This document shows positions 1-8,870 of a DNA stretch of 64,000 bases, piece by piece. The DNA is from an uncultured Bacilli bacterium (GTDB lineage Bacteria; Bacillota_I; Bacilli_A; RF39; UBA660). The notes beneath the pieces are model-generated. The model was given only the letters and a program-made list of their open reading frames with translations, searched no databases and was not told where the DNA came from. Each line of letters starts with the position of its first letter. The stretch's first letter is position 1. A program made the translations under genes and the position numbers. Location: assembly GCA_934086935.1 (NCBI GenBank), contig CAKOIQ010000002.1:4736-68735 (forward strand), read 5' to 3'.

Positions 1-2132
1 TTGTTATATGCTGTGATGACTTTTTCTCTTATTTTACTTACTTTATTTATACGGCCATATAAGTCTAGGGAACCTAGGAATGCAATATTTGAGTCAATTG
101 GTTTATTATGAATAAGACTTGCTAAACTCATAGCTATTCCAAGAGAACCACTACTTCCATCTAATTTAAAGCGATGGGTATCAAAGTTAATATGAATTCC
201 ATTAGTTGATTTTTTATAGTCCATATAGCCATTTGATTTAAAGTAACTCATAACTATTTTTATTGAATCTTTTAGTTCATCACCAACATTGCCTGTAATA
301 TTTGTATCATATGTCATTGGTACCATGATTGATGATACTTTAATTAGAGCTCCTCCTAATGGGGATACTCCAATTATGTTAGCTTGACCTACTAGGTTAG
401 TTTTATTTTCATATGTTATGATAGGCATTCCTAATATTTCGATTAAATCTGGTTCTTCTTTAATATCATTAATTATCATGTGTCTTATGACGTTGTCTAA
501 TAAACGTTCTAGTTCTCTGACCCCTGGTTCTAAAGTATATTCTTTAATTATTTTATTAACTATATTTTCACTTAAAGTTAATTTTTTAGCATTATATTTA
601 TTGCATATATTAGGAATTAAGTAATTTATAGCAATATCTTTTTTATCTAGGGATGTATAATTAGAGATATTTATTATTTCTAAGCGATCTTTTAAAACAA
701 GAGGAATTTGATTTACATCATTTGCAGTTAATATAAATAAGACTTTTGATAGATCAAATGGTTCTTCAATATAATTATCAATAAATTCTTTATTTTGATT
801 ATTATCTAAGATATCTAATAAGACACTTGCTGGATCTCCTTTATAGTCTTTAACCATTTTATCTACTTCATCTATTAGAATGACGGGATTATTAGTGCCA
901 CATTTTAGGATTGATTCAATGATTTTACCGGGTGCAGCACCTAAATATGTACGACGATGACCAGTAAGTTCAGATGAATCATTTAAGCCACCGACACTTA
1001 TTTTATAAAATTCTCTTTTTAGAGCTTCTGAGATACTTTTAGCAATTGTTGATTTACCTACACCAGGTGAACCAATTAAACATAATACTGGGTTATCTAA
1101 TGATGGATTTTTAGCTTTTAATAGTGCATACTCAATAATTCTTTTTTTAACATTATCCATTTTATAATGTGTCTTATCTAAGGCTTTAGATATTTTATCT
1201 GCTTTACTTTCTTCTTTTGAGGAAGTATTAAATGGAAGTGATAATACGGTTTCTAGATAGTTATGAATAACTGATAGTTCAGGATTATTATTGGGAGTAT
1301 ATTCATATCTTCTTAGTTCTTGCATTAACTTCTTTTTGGTTTTGTCATTAACTTTAAGAGAATCTATCTTTTCAACATAAGATGCAATTTCTTGTTCTTT
1401 GCTAGATTTAACACCAAGTTCTTCATTTAATTTTTCAATTTTGGCTTTAATTAGATATTCTTTTTGTTCTTGTTCAAATGAGGTTCTTAATTCATTATCT
1501 ATTTTATTATTTAAAGTAATTATTTCTAACTCAACGTTGATATCTTTAATAAGCATTTTAGCTCTGGCTATTTCATCAAATTCATTCATGTATAGAAGTT
1601 TCTTTTCCATTGGGAAATGCATGAAATTAACAATCATATCGGTTAAAATGTCTAATGAATCGGTTTCTTTTATTTTAGATAAAATTGAATTAGATATTTC
1701 AGTTGATGATGTTATATATTTATTTAATAATGATAGTAATTTTTTCTTTAAAGCGTATTCTTCAACTGTTTCACCATTATCGATATAGATAAGATGGGTA
1801 TTAGCAATTAAAATACTTTTATTTTGAGTATAGTTAGTATATTCTTTGATTTTAACACGATTTAAACCTTTTAGAACTACTCGATAGTTGGAATTCGGTA
1901 AAATAACGCATGATTTAATGTGGGCTAGTACTCCAACTGTTGGTAAATCATTAACACCAAGTGATTCTTCTAAAGAATTATTAGGAAGAATCACTACTAC
2001 TTTTTTATCAAACTTGGTATTTGCTATTTCAATAACATGTTGAGATAATTCATTATTTAATTCTAAACGGACTTCTTGGGTCGGCAAAAGGGATAATTTT
2101 TTTAGTAGTAATACAGGCAAGTTTTTATCCAT
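1..2132 (-). CDS. lon: ATP-dependent Lon protease (3' end beyond window start; start codon at 2130-2132)
   Basis: Hand translation of the minus strand from the ATG at 2132 gives MDKNLPVLLLKKLSLLPTQEVRLELNNELSQHVIEIANTKFDKK... (Lon N-domain). It continues into an AAA+ Walker A (GPPGVGKST) and typical Lon downstream sequence. RBS GGAGGTG sits upstream. Not in the ORF track because it runs off the window. Confidence 0.85.
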   Translation of the reverse strand, partial: MDKNLPVLLLKKLSLLPTQEVRLELNNELSQHVIEIANTKFDKKVVVILPNNSLEESLGVNDLPTVGVLAHIKSCVILPNSNYRVVLKGLNRVKIKEYTNYTQNKSILIANTHLIYIDNGETVEEYALKKKLLSLLNKYITSSTEISNSILSKIKETDSLDILTDMIVNFMHFPMEKKLLYMNEFDEIARAKMLIKDINVELEIITLNNKIDNELRTSFEQEQKEYLIKAKIEKLNEELGVKSSKEQEIASYVEKIDSLKVNDKTKKKLMQELRRYEYTPNNNPELSVIHNYLETVLSLPFNTSSKEESKADKISKALDKTHYKMDNVKKRIIEYALLKAKNPSLDNPVLCLIGSPGVGKSTIAKSISEALKREFYKISVGGLNDSSELTGHRRTYLGAAPGKIIESILKCGTNNPVILIDEVDKMVKDYKGDPASVLLDILDNNQNKEFIDNYIEEPFDLSKVLFILTANDVNQIPLVLKDRLEIINISNYTSLDKKDIAINYLIPNICNKYNAKKLTLSENIVNKIIKEYTLEPGVRELERLLDNVIRHMIINDIKEEPDLIEILGMPIITYENKTNLVGQANIIGVSPLGGALIKVSSIMVPMTYDTNITGNVGDELKDSIKIVMSYFKSNGYMDYKKSTNGIHINFDTHRFKLDGSSGSLGIAMSLASLIHNKPIDSNIAFLGSLDLYGRINKVSKIREKVITAYN

Positions 2133-2158
2133 TTTTGCACCTCCAAAATATGTCTTTT

Positions 2159-2190
2159 ATTATAATTAATTGGTTTACCTTTGTAAAGGT
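2159..2190 (-). promoter_or_regulatory. Putative sigma-A-type promoter of lon (-35 TTTACA, 17-bp spacer, -10 TATAAT) with 14-bp palindrome ACCTTTGTAAAGGT (2177-2190) overlapping the -35
   Basis: On the minus strand upstream of the lon ATG: TTTACA-17 nt-TATAAT about 20 nt before the RBS. The perfect inverted repeat acctttg/caaaggt spans the -35, which is a classic repressor-operator arrangement. Confidence 0.4.
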
Positions 2191-2239
2191 TTTTAGTTAA
2201 ATATTTTTATTTTTATAAAATTAAAACTAAACGTTGAGT

Positions 2240-3460
2240 TTAGTTTATTTGAAATATTTGTAAATCTTCTTTGGTGAATTTGATATTTTTGTCTTTAACA
2301 TATAATTTAGCTAATGTTTGATTTTTGCTGACTTTGTCACCTTTTTGAACTAATAGCTTGATTCCAACACTATAATCAATTTGTGATTCTTTAGTTAAGC
2401 GACCAGCACCTAGTTTTAAAGATAATTTACCGCATGCTAGAGCACTGATATGTTTAATAATTCCATCTCTATTACTTTTTAATTCTAGAATATTTTCACT
2501 TACTTTTATTTTTGATAAATCACCATTTTGGTTGGTAATCCATTTTTCAAAAGCTTCGTAGGCTGTATTGTCTTTTAAAGTTTGTTTTGCTAAATTTGTT
2601 GCTTCTTTTAAAGGAATGTCTTTATACATTGATATTAGCTGGGATGCTACTTCGACGCTGACTTGTTCTAGTTTATTTTCTTTTCCTTTTAATACTTCTA
2701 TAGCTTCTTTTACTTCTAGAGCATTACCGATACAAGAACTTAATGGTTCATCCATTTCAGTTATTATAGTCTTTATTTTGCGATTAAAGTGTCTGCCAAT
2801 TTCAATAAGCCATTTACTTAATGTTTCAGCATCTTTTTTGGTTTTAATTAGAGCCCCTTCACCACATTTGATATCAATAACTATGTAGGTGGCTCCACAA
2901 GCAATTTTTTTACTCATAATTGAAGATACTATTAATGGAATACTTTCAGTGGTTCCCGTTACATCTCTTAAGGCATATATTACTTTATCTAAAGGAACTA
3001 AATTTTCAGTTTGAGCTCCAACGGCAATATGACAAGTATTTATACTTTGATAATATTCTTCTTTAGTTAAATTAATATTATAACCAGGTATGCTTTCTAG
3101 TTTGTCAATGGTTCCACCAGTGATGCCTAATCCTCTACCACTCATTTTACAAATAGGTATTTCTAAGGCGCCTAAAATGGGGGCTATAACGAAGGTAACG
3201 GTATCACCAATACCTCCTGTTGAATGTTTATCACAAACTGGTTTATCAAATTCATAGGTATCCCCACTTTTAATAAAAATATCAGTTAGATTAATTGTTT
3301 CATTTAGAGTCATACCATTGATGGTTATTGCCATTAACAATGAACTCATTTGATAATCAGGTATTTCTTTATTTAAATATCCTAAAAAAGCATATGACAG
3401 TTCATCATATGTTAATTCTTTTTTATTTTTCTTATTTGTAATAATATCTAATATATTCAT
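2240..3460 (-). CDS. pdp: Pyrimidine-nucleoside (thymidine) phosphorylase
   Basis: 406 aa with the DKHSTGGIGD phosphate-binding motif and full-length similarity to the thymidine/pyrimidine nucleoside phosphorylase family. A hairpin terminator follows at about 2203-2235. Confidence 0.85.
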   Translation of the reverse strand: MNILDIITNKKNKKELTYDELSYAFLGYLNKEIPDYQMSSLLMAITINGMTLNETINLTDIFIKSGDTYEFDKPVCDKHSTGGIGDTVTFVIAPILGALEIPICKMSGRGLGITGGTIDKLESIPGYNINLTKEEYYQSINTCHIAVGAQTENLVPLDKVIYALRDVTGTTESIPLIVSSIMSKKIACGATYIVIDIKCGEGALIKTKKDAETLSKWLIEIGRHFNRKIKTIITEMDEPLSSCIGNALEVKEAIEVLKGKENKLEQVSVEVASQLISMYKDIPLKEATNLAKQTLKDNTAYEAFEKWITNQNGDLSKIKVSENILELKSNRDGIIKHISALACGKLSLKLGAGRLTKESQIDYSVGIKLLVQKGDKVSKNQTLAKLYVKDKNIKFTKEDLQIFQIN

Positions 3461-3471
3461 ATTACCTCTTT

Positions 3472-4038
3472 TTATTCTGTTACTGTTAATATTGCTTGGA
3501 ATGTTTTATCTAGTTCGGTATTTGTTGCTGATTCATCTAGCCATAATCTTAAATCTAAGGTTTGGCTACTACCAACTGAAAGATAACTATTGGTATAGAT
3601 TGTATAACTTCTAGCAGCATTATCTAGAGTTGGAGTAGCTGTTGTAAATGAGCTTAATAATGCGGTATCTACATTAGTACCAGTCTTACCTATCATAACC
3701 CTAATACTTGAATCACTGGCTATAGTAGTTGTATTTAATATTTCTAGATTAACTTTAGCAGTTGCAGCTGTTGAGCAAACATTTTTTATAGTAAATGTAT
3801 AAGGTACTAAAGCTTTTCCTTCTGTGGTAGGAATTGGATATGTATCCATTAGAGTTATTCCTTCTTCGGAATTTGATATTAAGGTTAGACTTATACATTT
3901 TAAAGTTGTAATTTGATTATATTTGTCTTGTTCACGGTAAGTTCTAATATAAGCATATGAACCTACAGCAAGAGCTACTATAATAACTATTGTTAATCCT
4001 AAGCTTAATATATACATCATTAATTTTTTATTTTTCAT
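3472..4038 (-). CDS. Secreted/membrane-anchored protein with TasA/SipW-cognate-like signal motif (VGSYAYIRTY)
   Basis: N-terminal K-rich region plus hydrophobic stretch ending ...ALAVGSYAYIRTY, resembling the GTxAYFSD motif of TasA/camelysin-type signal peptides. The rest is Thr/Ser-rich and beta-like. Only 11 nt separate it from pdp. Confidence 0.4.
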   Translation of the reverse strand: MKNKKLMMYILSLGLTIVIIVALAVGSYAYIRTYREQDKYNQITTLKCISLTLISNSEEGITLMDTYPIPTTEGKALVPYTFTIKNVCSTAATAKVNLEILNTTTIASDSSIRVMIGKTGTNVDTALLSSFTTATPTLDNAARSYTIYTNSYLSVGSSQTLDLRLWLDESATNTELDKTFQAILTVTE

Positions 4039-4124
4039 AGTATCACTATCCTATTACAATTATAATAAATACTATATTGTTTAGTCAAGAATTCAATGTT
4101 TAATTGACAAAAAAAGAAAGAAAA

Positions 4125-4463
4125 TTAATTTCTTTCTTTTACTTTGTATTCTTTCTTCATGTCTTTTAAGAAGTTTAGTTTCTTTCTACGAACCATACCC
4201 TTCTTAACTACAGTTATTTTGTCAACTAATGGTGAGTTAACAGCGAATGTTCTTAATACAGCAACATTACCACTTTTCTTTCTTACAGTAAATCTTTTAG
4301 ATACTGAACCACCTTTAATTGATGTTACGATTCCTTCGAAAGCTTGAATTCTTTCTTTTTTACCTTCTTTGATCCATACGTCTACTCTTACGATATCACC
4401 TGATCTAAATTCAGGAACGTCTGGTCTTACATGTTTTTGATTAATCTTATCAATTAAATTCAT
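4125..4463 (-). CDS. rplS: 50S ribosomal protein L19
   Basis: MNLIDKINQKHVRPDVPEFRSGDIVRVDVWIKEGKKERIQAFEGIV... is a canonical L19. The ORF-track start (4481) is probably 6 codons too long. A hairpin terminator (aagaaagaaaattaatttctttctt) lies just downstream. Confidence 0.85.
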   Translation of the reverse strand: MNLIDKINQKHVRPDVPEFRSGDIVRVDVWIKEGKKERIQAFEGIVTSIKGGSVSKRFTVRKKSGNVAVLRTFAVNSPLVDKITVVKKGMVRRKKLNFLKDMKKEYKVKERN

Positions 4464-4585
4464 ACGTTTTCTTCCTTTCAACTATATTTACATATAATCA
4501 TAATCTAGTTAGCGGATTATAGCAGCCTTTTTCAAAGCAAATTGATTATAACAAAATATATGATAGAATGCAATATTTTTTGAGA

Positions 4586-5236
4586 TTATTCCATCATTTT
4601 ATCTATTTTTTGTGCAATTTTTTTTAAGTATTTAGTGTTAGTAATTATATAAAAAGATAAAATTGCAAGTATTAAGGAACCTATTACATCCAAAATAACA
4701 TGTTGTTTAACTAAAAGTGTTGATAAAATTATTAACACAGATAAAACATTAGCAATTATCTTAAATAATAATGGTAATTTATTATCTTTAAGGGTACTAA
4801 ACATTAAGATAAAACATAATAAGCAATGAACTGAAGGAAAGCAGTTAACTGGTGTATCTGATTTGAATGTTACATAAGTAATAAAAGTAGTTAAATTATT
4901 AAAAGTATTTACTTCTGGTCGATCAACTTTTGTTGGATAAAGAATAAAGAACATATATACGATTATTAATGATATAACTGTAGTTAAGATTAGTTTAATA
5001 TATTTTTGACGATTATTTTTCCATACTATAAAGAAACTTACAATTAAAAATGGATACCATATTATATAGATATAGATAAATTCTTTAATAAAGGGAATTT
5101 TATTATCAAAAGGAACACTTATTAAATGATAATCATTTATAAATAATTTGATAAGAAAATATATTAAAGCATTTAGGCCAAATATTAATATTACACTTTT
5201 TAAATAAAATTTGTTTTCTTCTATAAACTTCTTCAT
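4586..5236 (-). CDS. PAP2-family membrane phosphatase
   Basis: Multi-TM protein with the three PAP2 motifs: KVDRP (KxxxxxxRP), PSVHC (PSGH-like), and HVILDV (SRxxxxxHxxxD-like). Confidence 0.55.
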   Translation of the reverse strand: MKKFIEENKFYLKSVILIFGLNALIYFLIKLFINDYHLISVPFDNKIPFIKEFIYIYIIWYPFLIVSFFIVWKNNRQKYIKLILTTVISLIIVYMFFILYPTKVDRPEVNTFNNLTTFITYVTFKSDTPVNCFPSVHCLLCFILMFSTLKDNKLPLLFKIIANVLSVLIILSTLLVKQHVILDVIGSLILAILSFYIITNTKYLKKIAQKIDKMME

Positions 5237-5271
5237 GTTTAGATTATATCAAAAAAATTATAATAATACTA

Positions 5272-5300
5272 TTGCTATTTTATATTTTTTTTGTTAAAAT
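5272..5300 (+). promoter_or_regulatory. Putative promoter of tRNA-His (-35 TTGCTA 5272-5277, 17-bp spacer, -10 TAAAAT 5295-5300)
   Basis: Sigma-A-like hexamers with a 17-bp spacer, 12 nt upstream of the tRNA 5' end. Confidence 0.35.
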
Positions 5301-5312
5301 TAGTTTTGTCAT

Positions 5313-5389
5313 GGCGGAATTGGTGAAGTGATTAACACGCCGGATTGTGGCTCCGGTATGCATGGGTTTGATTCCCATATTCCGCCCCA
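5313..5389 (+). tRNA. tRNA-His (anticodon GTG), with encoded G-1 and 3' CCA
   Basis: GC-rich island in AT-rich DNA. The 7-bp acceptor stem GCGGAAT/ATTCCGC is preceded by an extra G(-1) that can pair with discriminator C73, which is a hallmark of tRNA-His. Anticodon stem CCGGA/TCCGG with loop TTGTGGC gives anticodon GTG. T-arm GGGTTTGATTCCC, and CCA is encoded. Confidence 0.85.
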
Positions 5390-5396
5390 TTTATTG

Positions 5397-5429
5397 TGAA
5401 AAAAACAAATCCTTGTGGATTTGTTTTTT
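5397..5429. terminator. Bidirectional rho-independent terminator (stem acaaatcc/ggatttgt, A-run upstream, T-run downstream)
   Basis: aaaaaaACAAATCCttgtGGATTTGTtttttt lies between the tRNA-His 3' end and the stop codon of the convergent minus-strand gene at 5428. Confidence 0.6.
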
Positions 5430-5787
5430 AATTAGTATTATATTCTTTGGTTATCCATAACATGATGATATCAACTATATAATTAATATCTTCTGATGTT
5501 AATATTTTATTTTTAGGAATGTGATGCCATTTTTCTAGGCAACCTCTGCAGCAGGTAGCAGTTGCATGCTGAGCAATAAAAACAGGATGTCCCTTCATTG
5601 GAGTTTGTTTACCATCTTTTACTTTTGATATATCTTTTAATCTTTTATTGATAAAATCGTAAGCATGTTCTTTTATTATGGGCATGCTTTTTTTATTAAT
5701 GTATTCAATATCTATTTTCTTTAAATGAAAACTACTTCTAAATTTAGATAATGATAATTTATATAATACTTCTTCTTTATTTCTCAT
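5428..5787 (-). CDS. DUF4186-family protein
   Basis: 119 aa containing HATATCCRGCLEKWHHIP, the conserved core I recall for DUF4186. Confidence 0.5.
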   Translation of the reverse strand: MRNKEEVLYKLSLSKFRSSFHLKKIDIEYINKKSMPIIKEHAYDFINKRLKDISKVKDGKQTPMKGHPVFIAQHATATCCRGCLEKWHHIPKNKILTSEDINYIVDIIMLWITKEYNTN

Positions 5788-5814
5788 AATATTATTATAT
5801 ATTAAAACTACAGA

Positions 5815-6462
5815 TTAGTCTGTAGTTTTTTCGATAGTTAATTTTTTTATTTCTTGAGCACGTTTTTTAGCTTTATTTAAACTTTCAGGAAAGTACGGCA
5901 AGATTTGTTCTAAAGTTTCTTTCATGTCAATTAATTCTAGTGGTGATACTCCATCTACTTGATTGGTTAGGATGTCATAACATACTTTTTCAACATCATC
6001 TATCAATACCTCATTTACTGATTTACCAGTGTATCTTTTAACAATTTTGCTTAATAGACTTTGATATGGTTTCCATTTTTGCATTTCTTCTAAAGGATTA
6101 AGATATGGTTTACAAGGATGCCCAGGAATTAAATTTTTACCACCACTTGGTCTTTCTTCTAAAGAATAAGAACAACCAGTATCGGTAAGCATTGAACACT
6201 CTTTTTTTAATGAAAATAGGTCTATTACATCACGATCTTTATTTCTTGCTCGTAAATATAATAAAGGTATAAAACCAATTTTTCCATTATAAGTAGTTAC
6301 CGTTTTAAAAGCTGATACAATTGAAACATTACCAGTTTCTAGTGCTTCAATTATTTTACCTTTAGTGATATTCCCAAAATCAGTAGTAAAATAATCACAA
6401 CCACTTTTTTTACAACAAAGGCCACCACACTCTTGACATAATTTTTTATTTTCATATTCCAT
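5815..6462 (-). CDS. YkgJ-family putative zinc/iron-chelating protein (CxxCGxCC)
   Basis: N-terminal KLCQECGGLCCKKSGC matches the CxxCxxCC signature of the YkgJ/UPF0153 family. Confidence 0.5.
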   Translation of the reverse strand: MEYENKKLCQECGGLCCKKSGCDYFTTDFGNITKGKIIEALETGNVSIVSAFKTVTTYNGKIGFIPLLYLRARNKDRDVIDLFSLKKECSMLTDTGCSYSLEERPSGGKNLIPGHPCKPYLNPLEEMQKWKPYQSLLSKIVKRYTGKSVNEVLIDDVEKVCYDILTNQVDGVSPLELIDMKETLEQILPYFPESLNKAKKRAQEIKKLTIEKTTD

Positions 6463-6508
6463 TATAAACCCCCATTACTGAGGGCATATGTTACCATATA
6501 TTTAATAA

Positions 6509-6706
6509 TTAAGCAAGAAATAAATAAGTGTAGTAAAGTAAAAATACTACTAAAAATATAATTCCTTCTTTACGAGAAATGTTTCTATCATTGGAAGCAA
6601 ATAATAGTAATACAGCCATATCTACAATATTAAAAGTTGTAGGATGGATGGCTCCGCAGGTTAAGATAGGTAAACCTAAAATCAAAAAAATAACTACTAG
6701 TACCAT
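6509..6706 (-). CDS. Small hydrophobic membrane protein (65 aa), hypothetical
   Basis: Two predicted TM helices. It lies 8 nt downstream of psd and is co-oriented with it. Confidence 0.3.
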   Translation of the reverse strand: MVLVVIFLILGLPILTCGAIHPTTFNIVDMAVLLLFASNDRNISRKEGIIFLVVFLLYYTYLFLA

Positions 6707-6714
6707 ACTATTAA

Positions 6715-7566
6715 CTACTCACTTTTTATTCCGATTTTTTCTCCCATTTTAACAATAGTTTCCAAATTATTATTAGTATTATCAATCAAGTCTTGATCAA
6801 TTATAACATCTTTTATTAATAAACAAATTGTTGAAGCGCCAAATTTAAAATATCCTTTTTCTTCACCTTTTTTAAATGAATAAATATCATTTTGATTAAC
6901 AATTTTACCGACCATTAAAGCCCCAATTTCAATTTGTAAAACATCTTGAAAGTTTTCTGTGTGAAGAATGGCCCACTCTCTTTCATTTTGACTAAAAATA
7001 GGATACTTTTCTTGAGCAATGGGTCTTACTGTGTGTAAAACACCTTTAATATGATGATACTTACTTCTAGTACCATTATCAATATAACAATATCTATGAT
7101 AATCATCAACACATAATCTAAATATTAAAGCATAGTCATAATTTAAATAATCTTTTGATTTAGTTAAATCTTCAAGTTTATAGTATGAATTTTTTATTTG
7201 GAAAAGATTATTATTAATTTTGTATACAGATAATTTAGCATCACAGGGACTAATTAAAATGTTTTTATCATTAGAGATTGGACGTTTGTTTAAATTAATT
7301 TTTCGTTTAAAAAAATCATTAAATGATTGATAATCTTCCTTTATGTAATCATCCATATTAATATGATTTTTAATAATAAAATTTTTAATTTTTAATTTAG
7401 ATAATTTACTATCTAGATAGTAACCATATAATTTGCTGATGGGTTTAGTAATTAGTAATTTTAAGATGATTCTACCTATAATGGTGTTATATAAGAAGAT
7501 ATTTATTTTATCTTCTTTTTCTTCTTTAATAATTTTAGTTTTACGATCTATTATTTTATTAACCAT
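6715..7566 (-). CDS. psd: Phosphatidylserine decarboxylase proenzyme
   Basis: 283 aa with the C-terminal self-cleavage region ...GYFKFGASTICLL (FGxST/LGST motif) and PSD-family similarity. Confidence 0.75.
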   Translation of the reverse strand: MVNKIIDRKTKIIKEEKEDKINIFLYNTIIGRIILKLLITKPISKLYGYYLDSKLSKLKIKNFIIKNHINMDDYIKEDYQSFNDFFKRKINLNKRPISNDKNILISPCDAKLSVYKINNNLFQIKNSYYKLEDLTKSKDYLNYDYALIFRLCVDDYHRYCYIDNGTRSKYHHIKGVLHTVRPIAQEKYPIFSQNEREWAILHTENFQDVLQIEIGALMVGKIVNQNDIYSFKKGEEKGYFKFGASTICLLIKDVIIDQDLIDNTNNNLETIVKMGEKIGIKSE

Positions 7567-7631
7567 AACTACTCTCTTTACTTTAATATCTTTCTTACGG
7601 TAATTATTTTATCATAAAAAGAGAGAAAAAT

Positions 7632-8594
7632 CTATTTTTCTCCTTCTTCTAACATATTTGTTATTAAGATTCCATAGCCGGTGATGGGATTATCAACTAT
7701 GACATGAGTTACGGCACCAATTATTTTATTGTCTTGGATGATTGGGGAACCACTCATTCCTTGAATTACGCCACCGGTTTTATCAATTAATTCTTGATCA
7801 GTTATATTAAAATGAATATTTTTTATTTTACCAGTTGCAATTTTATCAATATTTATTTTGTAATCTTTTACTTCTTCACCTTTAATAACGGTTCTGATGG
7901 AAGCTGCTCCGATTTTAATATCTTGATATTTACCTACTTGCATGGTTTCGTTAGTACTTATTTCTTTGGCGTAGGTTCCATAAATACCTTTAATGGTATT
8001 TTTAGTGATGTTACCATATTTGGTATTAGAGTAAAATTTAGCATTTTTAGTACCAGCTATACCTCGATAACTTGGTTCGATGGTTGTTATACTACTTCTA
8101 AAGATATTACCGGTTTTAACTTCAATTAGGTTACCAGAGGTACTTTCAGTTATTTCATGACCAAGAGCTCCATATATTTTGGTGGCAGGATCAATATATG
8201 TTAAAGTACCAATTCCAGTTAAATTATCTTTGACATATAAACCAGTTTTATAAGTTCCATCTACTTTATTTAAAATAAAATCTAAATCAATAAGTTTATT
8301 ACCTCTTTTAATAGTTAAAACTACTTTATTATCTTTGACTTCTTTAGATATTGTATTTACTAGTTCATTTATGGTTGTAACGTTTTGATTATTAACTTTT
8401 AAAATAGTGTCACCTATTCTTAATTTGTTATGGTTAAATTTACCATTTATTTTGTAAAAGCCAATAACAATTACGCCATTATTATTTACTTCGATACCAA
8501 TGGTTTGACCACCGGGAATAATATAATCTGAATACGCAAAAACATTAAACGGGATTAATAATAAGGTAAGGATAAGAATTAATTTATTTTTCAT
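7632..8594 (-). CDS. spoIVB: Stage IV sporulation protein B (SpoIVB peptidase, S55)
   Basis: Signal peptide, PDZ-like region and S55 catalytic region with GMSGSPII and VTHVIVDNP. It follows xseB, the same neighbourhood as B. subtilis spoIVB. Confidence 0.8.
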   Translation of the reverse strand: MKNKLILILTLLLIPFNVFAYSDYIIPGGQTIGIEVNNNGVIVIGFYKINGKFNHNKLRIGDTILKVNNQNVTTINELVNTISKEVKDNKVVLTIKRGNKLIDLDFILNKVDGTYKTGLYVKDNLTGIGTLTYIDPATKIYGALGHEITESTSGNLIEVKTGNIFRSSITTIEPSYRGIAGTKNAKFYSNTKYGNITKNTIKGIYGTYAKEISTNETMQVGKYQDIKIGAASIRTVIKGEEVKDYKINIDKIATGKIKNIHFNITDQELIDKTGGVIQGMSGSPIIQDNKIIGAVTHVIVDNPITGYGILITNMLEEGEK

Positions 8595-8643
8595 TTTATC
8601 ACCATTATTATTTTGGCTTATTTTAATAAAAAAAGATAGCCAA

Positions 8644-8868
8644 TTATTGGTTATCCTCTATTTGGAAATCTTCAATTTCACCATTATCTTTTAAGATTTT
8701 ATTTACTGATTCTTGGGCTTTATTTAGTTTATCACCACAAGTTTTAAGTAATTTCATGGCAGTCGTATATTTTTCAATAGATGTTTCTAAATCAGCGTCG
8801 CCATTTTCTAATTCTTTAACGATTTTATCTAATTCTTCCATTAGTTCTTCAAATGTTTTTTCTTTCAT
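8644..8868 (-). CDS. xseB: Exodeoxyribonuclease VII small subunit
   Basis: 74-aa helical protein MKEKTFEELMEELDKIVKELENGD... immediately after xseA. Confidence 0.8.
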   Translation of the reverse strand: MKEKTFEELMEELDKIVKELENGDADLETSIEKYTTAMKLLKTCGDKLNKAQESVNKILKDNGEIEDFQIEDNQ

Positions 8869-8870
8869 TT

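Noticed and set aside
2568-2888. Plus-strand ORFs embedded in minus-strand genes (2568-2888, 4144-4347, 7794-8129, 11582-11773, 17601-18056, 20097-20846, 26739-26984, 28458-29660, 31229-32203, 40813-41148, 53548-53772, 58407-58598, 61786-62028 and similar)
   Set aside because: They lie antisense inside well-supported genes and translate to low-complexity Ile/Leu/Phe/Ser-rich peptides without motifs. They are typical spurious ORFs in AT-rich DNA.
6509-6706. Small ORF after psd as a remnant of phosphatidylserine synthase (pssA)
   Set aside because: There is no CDP-alcohol phosphotransferase motif (DGx2ARx8Gx3Dx3D). It looks like an independent 2-TM micro-protein.
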